A stretch of DNA of 64,000 bases from Candidatus Latescibacterota bacterium (GTDB taxonomy: Bacteria > Latescibacterota > UBA2968 > UBA8231): contig OZ242214.1 in NCBI GenBank assembly GCA_965206595.1, positions 4,320,001-4,384,000 of the forward strand, written 5' to 3'. The notes beneath the pieces were generated by a model that had not been told where the DNA came from, made no database searches, and saw only the letters and a list, made by a program, of their open reading frames with translations. This document shows, in pieces, positions 46,614-54,661 of this stretch (the first letter of the stretch is position 1; each line of letters starts with the position of its first letter). Position numbers and translations under genes: made by a program.

Positions 46614-47455
46614 GCCGGCAGCCCGGCCATGCGCCGCAACCCGGTTTCGCGAGGCTCCTCGGCCCGGCGAAGCGCCGTCTCGGGAACGCGCAGCTCCGGC
46701 AGCACCTCGGGCTCGGCGCGCACGAAGGCCTCGGCGTAGCCGACGTGGGCGTGCCAGCCGGCGCTTCCGGCCCCGATCTCCACCCGCTTGCGGGCGAACT
46801 CGTCGAACTGGCCCTGGCTCGCGAACATCGTCTCCGCCTCGATGCGCTTGTCGCGCCATTCGGTGATGTCTACGTAGAAGTCCATCTCCTCGGGGGTGAA
46901 GTAGACGCCGAGGTAGTAGGTCACCGCGGTTGTGTGGGGCCTTTCCCGGGTCTGGTAGTTCGGCATCGAGGCGAGGCCGCGCGCCTCGAGAACGGCGATC
47001 GCGGTTTCGTTGTGGTCGTCGCGGGCCATCAGGGCCATGCCGTTGCGCGCGTTGTAGTAGGGCTTCTGCGTGATCAGGACGTGGGGGCGCACGTCGTAGA
47101 ATACCTGTCTCATGTCGACGACGACCCCGGGGCAGTTCTCGATGCGGAACGGCTGCGGCCACTGCATGATGCGTACGTCTGTGACCCCGAAAAGCGCGCA
47201 GACGCGCCGGACTTCGGCCGCCTTGACCTCGGCGTACTCATCCGGGCTCTGGCCGATTACCTCCGGATCGCGCTCCGACTCCGGTTTCATCAGCTCGTCG
47301 TGCAGCCGCTCGTTGTGGGTCTGGGCGCCGCTGGTGACGGTGACCACGGTGACCGAGTCGCCGCGGGCGGCGTGAATGCCGCAGGTGGCGGCGCAGTGGG
47401 TGAAGTCGTGCGGATGGGCGACGACGACGAGAATGCGCAGCGGATGCTCGCTCAT
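46610..47455 (-). CDS. PIG-L family deacetylase
   Basis: ILVVVAHPHD, VTVTSG, YVDITE, YAEAF. Confidence 0.8.
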   Translation of the reverse strand: MSEHPLRILVVVAHPHDFTHCAATCGIHAARGDSVTVVTVTSGAQTHNERLHDELMKPESERDPEVIGQSPDEYAEVKAAEVRRVCALFGVTDVRIMQWPQPFRIENCPGVVVDMRQVFYDVRPHVLITQKPYYNARNGMALMARDDHNETAIAVLEARGLASMPNYQTRERPHTTAVTYYLGVYFTPEEMDFYVDITEWRDKRIEAETMFASQGQFDEFARKRVEIGAGSAGWHAHVGYAEAFVRAEPEVLPELRVPETALRRAEEPRETGLRRMAGLPA

Positions 47456-48237
47456 GCTGTCCTCTGTTCGATGGCCGGTACCGGCGCGTACTGGTTGTAG
47501 CCTCCGGAACGGTCCTCGCCGCGCACCAGGTAGATGTAGTGGTCTCGGGCGCGGCCGGACGGATGGTGGTGGCGCACCTCCGCGGGGAAGTAGCGCATGG
47601 TGTACCCGCAGCGCCTTTCCGCGGAGCGGTTGGCGTTGGAGGCGTGCAGGGTGAAGGCGTCGTGGAAGTGGCACTCCCCTTGCCGCAGCTCCAGGTCGAC
47701 GACGCCGGCATCTGACAGATCAGAGCCGACTACTTCTCGCGAAAAGAGGTACCCTTCTTTACGTATCTCCTCGTAGCTCAGCCCGCGACGGCGGTGGCTG
47801 CCGGCCACCACCCGCATGCAGCCGTTCTCGACGCGGGACTCGTCGACCGCCAGCCACATGGTGATCACCTTCATCGGCTGCAGCCTGTCCCCCCAGTACA
47901 CCCCGTCCTGGTGCCAGGGCACGGCGAGGCCGTCGTCGCGGCGCTTGCTGATGAAATGACTGGACCAGAGCACGATGTGGGGCCCGATGAAGCGCTCGAT
48001 GACGTCGAGCACCCGCGGGTGGGCGAGGTACTGGAAAAGGAACGGGTGCCGGAAGTGGGGGACGTCGAGGGACTCGGGCCGCTGCTCCGGCGGCAGGGCC
48101 GCGATCATGCCGCCGACGTAGTGCCGCAGCTCCTCCAGCTCGGGCTCGGTGAAGATGCGGCCGAAGGTCAGGTAGCCGTTTTCCCGGTAGAAGCGAACCT
48201 GTTCGTCGGTGGCGGTGGTTTCGGTTTTCCAGCTCAT
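47452..48237 (-). CDS. Phytanoyl-CoA dioxygenase (PhyH) family Fe/2OG enzyme
   Basis: PWHQDGVYW, WLAVDESRVENGCMRVVAGSH, LHASNANRS.ERR. Confidence 0.92.
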   Translation of the reverse strand: MSWKTETTATDEQVRFYRENGYLTFGRIFTEPELEELRHYVGGMIAALPPEQRPESLDVPHFRHPFLFQYLAHPRVLDVIERFIGPHIVLWSSHFISKRRDDGLAVPWHQDGVYWGDRLQPMKVITMWLAVDESRVENGCMRVVAGSHRRRGLSYEEIRKEGYLFSREVVGSDLSDAGVVDLELRQGECHFHDAFTLHASNANRSAERRCGYTMRYFPAEVRHHHPSGRARDHYIYLVRGEDRSGGYNQYAPVPAIEQRTA

Positions 48238-48288
48238 GCGGGGCCTGGTCTGGTTACAGAACTCGAGGCGGACTCGAACGTCTCAAAA

Positions 48289-48496
48289 CAAGCCGTTGAT
48301 AAAGTTGTCCGCAGGCGCGGCCGAGTCATGGCGGTCGAAGACTTGGGGCAGAAAAATCACGAAATCGGATCCGACCCCTACCTGGATTTTTCTGCCCCAA
48401 CAAGGCGCCCGACCGAGTCGAATCGCAGGAGATCCGGGGAGGAGCCCCCGGTCTGCCAGGGCCGGCCGCAGCGCCGGATGTGCTTTCAACGGGCTG
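48289..48496. repeat. MITE/REP-like element with nested 16-bp perfect inverted repeat
   Basis: Ends CAAGCCGTTGATAAAG / CTTTCAACGGGCTG; internal TTGGGGCAGAAAAATC (48343-48358) / GATTTTTCTGCCCCAA (48385-48400) around palindrome TCGGATCCGA. Confidence 0.55.
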
Positions 48497-48534
48497 GCAA
48501 GGCAGACAATATCGGAAAAACGGGAGGGAGTGAC

Positions 48535-49095
48535 ATGACAGCACACCGTCGTTGGCTGGCGATTCTGGCCGTGGCAGCCGCGGGCTGCTCGTCGGTGCAG
48601 ACGGAGCACCCGGTAACCGGCCGTCCCCAGGCCCTCGACAAAGACCGGCTGGAGGGGGCGTGGCTCATCGACGACGAGATCCTCCACCTGAAGTTCGGCG
48701 GCGACAACGTCGGCCGGATGGCCAGCCTGGAATGGAAGGATGGGGAGTTCCGCGTCAGGCGCGGCGAGTTCGTCGTCGCCAACGCCGGGGAGGGCCGATA
48801 CGCGAGCCTGAGGTTCGATGACGACGAAGCCGGCTCCTACGGGTTGCTGAACTACGACTTCGCATCCAACGGGGATCTGCTCGTTCGCGTTGAGCCGACC
48901 GACGAGTTCGAGCGGGCAATCGCCGCCGGGCGGCTGCGCGGACAGGTCAAAAAGGACGGGGATGAAATGGAGATAATGCTGGCGAGCCCGTCGGACATCC
49001 TGCTCTCCTTCCTGTCGTCCGCCTCTCCCAGCCAGCTGTTCGGAGACGAGGCGATTATCCTGAGAAAGCTAACCGTCCCCCGGGGAGTGGAATGA
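48535..49095 (+). CDS. Hypothetical lipoprotein
   Basis: GGAGGGAG RBS; lipobox AAAGC; 186 aa. Confidence 0.75.
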   Translation: MTAHRRWLAILAVAAAGCSSVQTEHPVTGRPQALDKDRLEGAWLIDDEILHLKFGGDNVGRMASLEWKDGEFRVRRGEFVVANAGEGRYASLRFDDDEAGSYGLLNYDFASNGDLLVRVEPTDEFERAIAAGRLRGQVKKDGDEMEIMLASPSDILLSFLSSASPSQLFGDEAIILRKLTVPRGVE

Positions 49096-50136
49096 CAGCT
49101 GTCCCCCCGGCCCCAGGGCCCGCTTCACCAGGGCCCCGAAAGGGGTGAGCCTCGTGCGTCTGAAGGAGGTAAACATGCTCGGAGTCCAGGCGTGGTCCCA
49201 GATCCAGGCGGTCCAGCCCAGCCCCAGCTCCTCGCAGAAACCGACCAGCTCCTCCCCGTAGTTGCGCATGCTCGCCGGGTGCCCGGCGCCGAATCCCCAC
49301 TCCCCGAGAAACACCGGAGAGGTCATCGACAGCCTGGCGACCACCTTCTTCCAGGACTCGCCGACCCAGGGGTACGGGTGGATCTCGTAGACGATGCCGT
49401 CGCGGCGCACCGGGTCGGAGAGCGCGCCGTCCAGCTCGCTGGCGAAATCGACCCCGGAGACCAGGATCAGGGCCTCGGGGTGCTGGTCCCGCACCGTGTC
49501 GACGAGCTGCTCGGCGACCGGGCGCCACTCGCTCCAGGAGATGAACGCCGGTTCGTTGAAGACGCTGTAAAGGACCCACGGCTTGTCGCGGTAGCGGGCG
49601 GCGATCTCCGTCAGGGAGGCGAGCGCCAGCCCGAGGTCGGGGTCGTAGGGGTTGCCGTTCCAGGGGGGCTCGTAGCCCCAGGGGGTGTCCTCGACCTCGC
49701 CGGTCAGCGGGTTGCCGTGGGCGTGGTACCCCAGCAGCAGGTAGAGCTCCCGATCCCCCGCCCCCTCGACCAGGGGATCGACGAAATCGCGCAGGTACGT
49801 CGGGTGGTTGGACATCAGGTCGGGATGCATCGGCACGCGGACGATGCCGGCGTTCCACTCGACGGCCAGGGTTTCGATATCCCGCTCGCTGGGGTTGGGG
49901 GAGTAGCGGGAAGCGCGGCCGATCAGCGGGTCGACGACGGCCACCCCCCGCAGGATCACGTCGGCGCCGTCGGCGTCGACAATGCGGTTCTCCTCGACGT
50001 GGAGGGCGGTGAACGATCCGGGGCGCGCCGGCGCCGCCGGTTCGGTGGGCAGCTCGCCGCAGGCGAACGCCGACAGTGCCAGGGCCGCGGCGGCGAAGAG
50101 CCGGGGGAAGGAGGGTATTGACGTTGCGCGGAGCAC
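49069..50136 (-). CDS. Glycoside hydrolase family 5 (cellulase-like) lipoprotein
   Basis: Lipobox SAFAC; LRGV, VRVP, acid/base NEP, HPY, nucleophile GEWG, WTAWIW. Confidence 0.88.
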   Translation of the reverse strand: MLRATSIPSFPRLFAAAALALSAFACGELPTEPAAPARPGSFTALHVEENRIVDADGADVILRGVAVVDPLIGRASRYSPNPSERDIETLAVEWNAGIVRVPMHPDLMSNHPTYLRDFVDPLVEGAGDRELYLLLGYHAHGNPLTGEVEDTPWGYEPPWNGNPYDPDLGLALASLTEIAARYRDKPWVLYSVFNEPAFISWSEWRPVAEQLVDTVRDQHPEALILVSGVDFASELDGALSDPVRRDGIVYEIHPYPWVGESWKKVVARLSMTSPVFLGEWGFGAGHPASMRNYGEELVGFCEELGLGWTAWIWDHAWTPSMFTSFRRTRLTPFGALVKRALGPGGQLSFHSPGDG

Positions 50137-50216
50137 CTTATACTTGAAACGTCACTCAATAAGCAGGGGATAGACGTCAACTAAATTTCGTATCGGGACC
50201 ATCGGGACCAAAAAAA

Positions 50217-50519
50217 ATGACAGTGCCGGCCACAGCGATTCCCGACGAGTACCGCTTCGATGTAGCCCGGGCGGTGGAGATATGCAAGGCGGAAGGATGT
50301 CGAGAGGTGTTTATTTTCGGCTCGGTCGCTGCCGGAAGGTATCGGTCCGGGTCCGATCTGGATATCGGTGTCCGCGGTTGTCCGACAAGGCATTTCTATC
50401 GCCTGCTAGGGCGATTGATGGATGAGCTCACCCATCCGGTGGACCTGGTTGATCTGGATGTTGAAACCCGGGTCGCTGAATCCCTCGAGCAGGAAGGTCA
50501 ACTCGTGCATGTTGGATGA
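50217..50519 (+). CDS. Minimal nucleotidyltransferase (MntA-type antitoxin)
   Basis: FIFGSVAAG...SDLDIGV...VDLVDL. Confidence 0.9.
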   Translation: MTVPATAIPDEYRFDVARAVEICKAEGCREVFIFGSVAAGRYRSGSDLDIGVRGCPTRHFYRLLGRLMDELTHPVDLVDLDVETRVAESLEQEGQLVHVG

Positions 50520-50987
50520 GGCCCTCCGCCGGCTCATCGTGCGAGAGCTCGGAGAGATCGATACTCTACTCGACAAGTCCTCTCCATTTCTGGAAAACCC
50601 AGGTGATGCGGAGCCATCTTTTGAGCGCCTGGCTGCGCTGGCGACAGTTCTCAACTCGTTCTACACACCGGTCTCGAGCTGATTTTTCAACGCATCCTCA
50701 AGGAGTTTGACCCGAGGCAGCCCGAGGGCGATCGCTGGCATATCGAGTTGCTGAATCAGGTCGCTCGCGGGACTGAGAGCCGGCCGGTCGTGATCTCAGA
50801 GAAGTCCCGGCAGCGTCTGCGCGACTACCTCGCCTTTCGTCACCGCTCCCGCCATACGTACGCAAACTATCTCGTCTGGGATGGCATGGCCCAGTTGGTC
50901 GCCGGAATGTCGCCGACATGGAATACCGTCCGCGCGGAGATCCTGCAGTTCGTGCAACAGCAGTCGCCGTCGGCCGCCGCCGAGTGA
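50509..50987 (+). pseudogene. HepT-like HEPN ribonuclease toxin, frameshifted
   Basis: LNSFY(T)GLELIFQRI...WHIELL...FRHRSRHTY; an extra AC at 50663-50668 breaks the frame. Confidence 0.85.
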
Positions 50988-51080
50988 CGCGACGGCCCTT
51001 TCCTGACTTTCTTCCACCCGGCAGCACCGTACGATTCAAGGGATTTGCTCTTACATCCCCCTCGACCTCAGCGGGACGAG

Positions 51081-51200
51081 AGCGTACTGCCCAGCACCTC
51101 GAACCCGGACTAATCCCCTTCATTCAGCTCGACAAGCAACCCGTTCTTGACCCAGCCAAACTCCGGGTTGATCTCCAGCGCCCTTTCAAAGGCCGCGCGC
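51081..51200 (-). repeat. Diverged duplicate of the 3' end of the TPR gene (matches 51589-51708)
   Basis: 109/120 nt identical by manual alignment; encodes RAAFERALEINPEFGWVKNGLLVELNEGD*. Confidence 0.93.
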
Positions 51201-51217
51201 TCAGGTTCCCATTCAAT

Positions 51218-51514
51218 TCAGGCCGCGTGTATCCGAACTTGATCCAGTCTGTCGGCCAAGGTTTCCAGGGTCGTTTCAAGATCATACCGGGTTTGGAGAT
51301 TCATCCAGAATTGCGCTTCCATCCCGAAAAAGCGTCCCAGACGCAAAGCCGTATCCGCGGTGATGCCCCGCTTCCCGTGCACGATTTCATTGATGCGACG
51401 TGGCGGCACACAGATTGCCTGAGCCAGGTGATATTGGCTCATCTGCATGGGCTTGAGAAAATCCTCCAAAAGGATTTCACCCGGATGGACAGGTGGAAAG
51501 TCACGCTTTGTCAT
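51218..51514 (-). CDS. higA: HigA family antitoxin (orphan)
   Basis: PVHPGEILLEDFLKP, RRINEIVHGKRGITADTALRLGRFFG, FWMNLQ..YD. Confidence 0.95.
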   Translation of the reverse strand: MTKRDFPPVHPGEILLEDFLKPMQMSQYHLAQAICVPPRRINEIVHGKRGITADTALRLGRFFGMEAQFWMNLQTRYDLETTLETLADRLDQVRIHAA

Positions 51515-51617
51515 TTCGTCTCTCCTCAGTGGTAATATCGGAGAACTTTCCTGCTGTGTTCGGCTCGCAGTCGGTTCCCCTCGGGGGCAGCGTACTTTCC
51601 GGCACCGCGAACCCGGA

Positions 51618-52385
51618 CTAATCCGCTTTATCCAGCTCGTAAAGCAACCCGTTCTTGACCCAGCCGAACTCCGGGTTGATCTCCAGTGCCCTTTCAAAGG
51701 CCGCGCGCGCCAGCTCCTTTTCGCCCCTGTCCACGTGGGCGATCCCCAGCCAGGCGTAGGCCTGGCTGTGACCCCATTCCGGCCGGATGGGATCGGCCGG
51801 CATTTCCCGGGCAAACAGTTCGGTGGCTCGCCGGAACCCCTGCATCCCCTTCTCCTTGCTCCCGCCCAACACCTGTGGGGTGTTGAAATCGTTCAAGGCC
51901 GCGCACAGTACGACGCGCGGATTGTCGGGGGCGATCTCCCGGGCTTTTTCGAGGGCCTTGCCGATTCTGCGGCCCAGAAAAATCCATTTGACCGGGTTCA
52001 GGGCGATCTGCCGCCCGTACGCGTTCGAGAGCAGGGCATGGGCTTCGGCTGACCTGGGGTCGAGGCGAAGGGTTTCCCGCAGATGCTCGACCGCTGATTT
52101 CAGGTGCAGGGAAGCCTGCTTTCTGTCGTCGGTCCGGCCAAGCAGGTAGTTGACGATGCTGTGATCCGCCAGGGCGATGTAGTAGTGGCCCCAGGCGGAC
52201 AGACCTGTATCGGCAAGGACCCGCTCGAACATCCCCCTGGCGGCGTGCATGGTATCGAGGCTTCCGGCATTCACCCCTGCCTGCAGCACCTGTTTTCCGC
52301 GGACGATCAGGCTGTCGCCCCACTGGGCGGGTACGGGATGGGGGACTGAGAAAAGGACAACCAGTGACAGCTGATAGAATCGCAC
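51618..52385 (-). CDS. Exported tetratricopeptide repeat protein
   Basis: Signal peptide; LDPRSAEAHALL, APDNPRV, PEWGHSQAYAWLG, ALEINPEF. Confidence 0.82.
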   Translation of the reverse strand: MRFYQLSLVVLFSVPHPVPAQWGDSLIVRGKQVLQAGVNAGSLDTMHAARGMFERVLADTGLSAWGHYYIALADHSIVNYLLGRTDDRKQASLHLKSAVEHLRETLRLDPRSAEAHALLSNAYGRQIALNPVKWIFLGRRIGKALEKAREIAPDNPRVVLCAALNDFNTPQVLGGSKEKGMQGFRRATELFAREMPADPIRPEWGHSQAYAWLGIAHVDRGEKELARAAFERALEINPEFGWVKNGLLYELDKAD

Positions 52386-52636
52386 TTGTGGCCTTGGTTG
52401 AGGTCGATAACTCGAAGCCAGGCTGACACCAGAATAACGGGACCGGCGAAAGAGGGTTCCCGGCCGGCCCCTGATGGTCCGGGTTGAAGTCGCAGCCGGG
52501 ACATTTAGCCGATCGAGCAGGTGGCCAACTGCCGGGGTAACCGTTCGAACAGCCTCCAGGAGGAAATTATTTCACGCTCAGGCGTTACGTTCCTTGCTGT
52601 TCGCGCATCTTACTCAGGGATTCAGCAAAAATCGAC

Positions 52637-54433
52637 GTGTCGACGACGAACGACAGTGATCTGGTCGAGGCCAGCCTCGGCGGAGACGTCCAGGCCTTTG
52701 CCCGCCTGGTGGAGCGCTACCGCTACGCCGTATTCGGCCTCTGTCTGAATTACACGCGGGACTTCGATGCGGCCGAGGATGCAGCTCAGGAGGCCTTCAT
52801 CAAGGCCTTCCTGAAGTTGCGAAACCTCGTTGACGGCGACCGCTTCGCTCCATGGCTCAGGCAGATCGCCGTCAACGAGTGCCGCATGGGGTACCGGCGG
52901 CGAGCGGAGCCGCTGCCCGAGTCCGTCGAGAAGAGCCTGGTATCGCCGGCGGGAACGCCGGAGGACGAGGCGATCGCGGTCGAGGGCCGGCGCACGGTGC
53001 TCAACGCTCTCGGAACGCTCAGCGACGAGCAGCAGCAGTTGATCACCTTGTTCTACCTGGAGGGCCTGTCTCAGAAGGAAATCGCCGCGTTCCTGGACCT
53101 GGCGCCGCAGGCCGTGAACCAGCGGCTGTATCGAGCCCGCAAACACCTGAGAAAGGAGATGCTGAACATGGTCGAGGAAATCCTGGGAGGCCGGAAGCTG
53201 CCCGATGGGTTTACCGATGAGGTGATCCGGACCGCGCTCGAGCGTGGCCGAGAGCTTCTGAAAGAACAGCGGTGGACCGAGGCCAAGGCCCAGTTCCGCA
53301 AGGTGACTTCCACGGTCCGCGAGAATCCGGATGCCCAGCGGGGCCTTGCCCGGGCCCTGGAAGGGGAGGTGCACGCCATGATGCGAGGGGAAGTGGAGGA
53401 TATCGACAACAAGCTCCTGCAGGAGGCGCTGGCAGCGCACGAGGAGGCGTTTCGCCTGGGCGCCCGGGACGAGGAGACGGCGTGGAACCTGGCCGGGTTG
53501 TACAGCCGCCTAAACCGGCGGGGCGATCGAGGGCGCGTGCTCCGGGTGTTCGGGGAGTCGACGGACGACTCCGGGAAGGCATTCCGCGCGCTGGAACAGG
53601 CGTCCAGGAGCTACCGGGGGATCGACGATCGACTGGCGTTCGATCTCCACCGCAAGGCCCTCTCCTTCGACGGTATAGAGCCGAAAGACCGTCTCGGGAT
53701 CTATTTCGCGGCACCGCTGGTGATCTATTTCAACGTGGGCAAGGGCGACTTGTGGCTTGCCGAGACCGAGGCCCTTTCGGCCGAGTTGGGACTGCCACTC
53801 TCAACCAATCACTACATGTACCATCGCGATCGAATGGCGTTGCTCTGCAAAATGGGCCGGCATCGGAAGGCGATTGAGACCGGGCAGGTCTTTCTGCGTC
53901 GATTGGAAAGCGAGGCAGTCGAGGATCCTGTGCAGCGACGCTGGTGGATCGCCCATATCCTGGCGAATTCGATCCAAAGCCGGCACGAATCCGGGGATGA
54001 AGCGGCCGTTCATGCCGAGGTCCAGTCGGCAAGAGGGAACCTGATCGAGTACGAGAAGGAATGGCGGGCGGCCCCCGATGATGCAGCGGAGGCCGAATAT
54101 CGAAAGTTCTACGGATACGCCAACAACAACCTTGCCGGGCGGCTGCGCCAGATTGGACTGTTCGACGAAGCCATCGAGTTCTTGGAAAAGGCACTGACGG
54201 CAGGAGACAGTGGGAATAATTATATGGCCCTGGCGTGCGGCTATATGGGGAAGAACGACAAAGCCGGGGCCCTCGAAGCAATGCGCCGTATGCACCGCTC
54301 GCCGAAATCGGATGCGATGAAGAAGTGGATTTACTTCGGGGGGGCGAAGCGGTGGTTCGACGCCGCCGTGTTCGATCCGGTGCGCGACGATCCGAAGTTT
54401 GCGGCCCTGGTCCAGGACGGGATTTCCAATTAG
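52637..54433 (+). CDS. ECF RNA polymerase sigma factor with C-terminal TPR extension
   Basis: Region 2 AEDAAQEAFIKAF...FAPWLRQIAVN; region 4 LFYLEGLSQKEIA...RLYRARKHL; ~400 aa TPR-like tail. Confidence 0.88.
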   Translation: MSTTNDSDLVEASLGGDVQAFARLVERYRYAVFGLCLNYTRDFDAAEDAAQEAFIKAFLKLRNLVDGDRFAPWLRQIAVNECRMGYRRRAEPLPESVEKSLVSPAGTPEDEAIAVEGRRTVLNALGTLSDEQQQLITLFYLEGLSQKEIAAFLDLAPQAVNQRLYRARKHLRKEMLNMVEEILGGRKLPDGFTDEVIRTALERGRELLKEQRWTEAKAQFRKVTSTVRENPDAQRGLARALEGEVHAMMRGEVEDIDNKLLQEALAAHEEAFRLGARDEETAWNLAGLYSRLNRRGDRGRVLRVFGESTDDSGKAFRALEQASRSYRGIDDRLAFDLHRKALSFDGIEPKDRLGIYFAAPLVIYFNVGKGDLWLAETEALSAELGLPLSTNHYMYHRDRMALLCKMGRHRKAIETGQVFLRRLESEAVEDPVQRRWWIAHILANSIQSRHESGDEAAVHAEVQSARGNLIEYEKEWRAAPDDAAEAEYRKFYGYANNNLAGRLRQIGLFDEAIEFLEKALTAGDSGNNYMALACGYMGKNDKAGALEAMRRMHRSPKSDAMKKWIYFGGAKRWFDAAVFDPVRDDPKFAALVQDGISN

Positions 54434-54661
54434 CTCAGAACGCCGGGACTGTCGCGGCCCGGAGGGAGGCCGCGAGCCCAGGCCTCCTGGGGAGCCACCA
54501 GTATTTCCGGTGGGGCCGCAGGTCCGCGGATTCCTGTCGGGGGCACATACCCCGGCGGAGCGATCTCGACCCCGCAGACCGTCGGGGGTGGCACAGGACA
54601 GCGAACCGACATCGGCCGCGCAGGATCTCCAGCGGGCTGCGCCCTGCCCTGTGCCGCGGCG

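Noticed and set aside
50192-50209. 9-bp tandem ATCGGGACC upstream of the MNT gene
   Set aside because: Too short to assign a function; probably a slippage duplication
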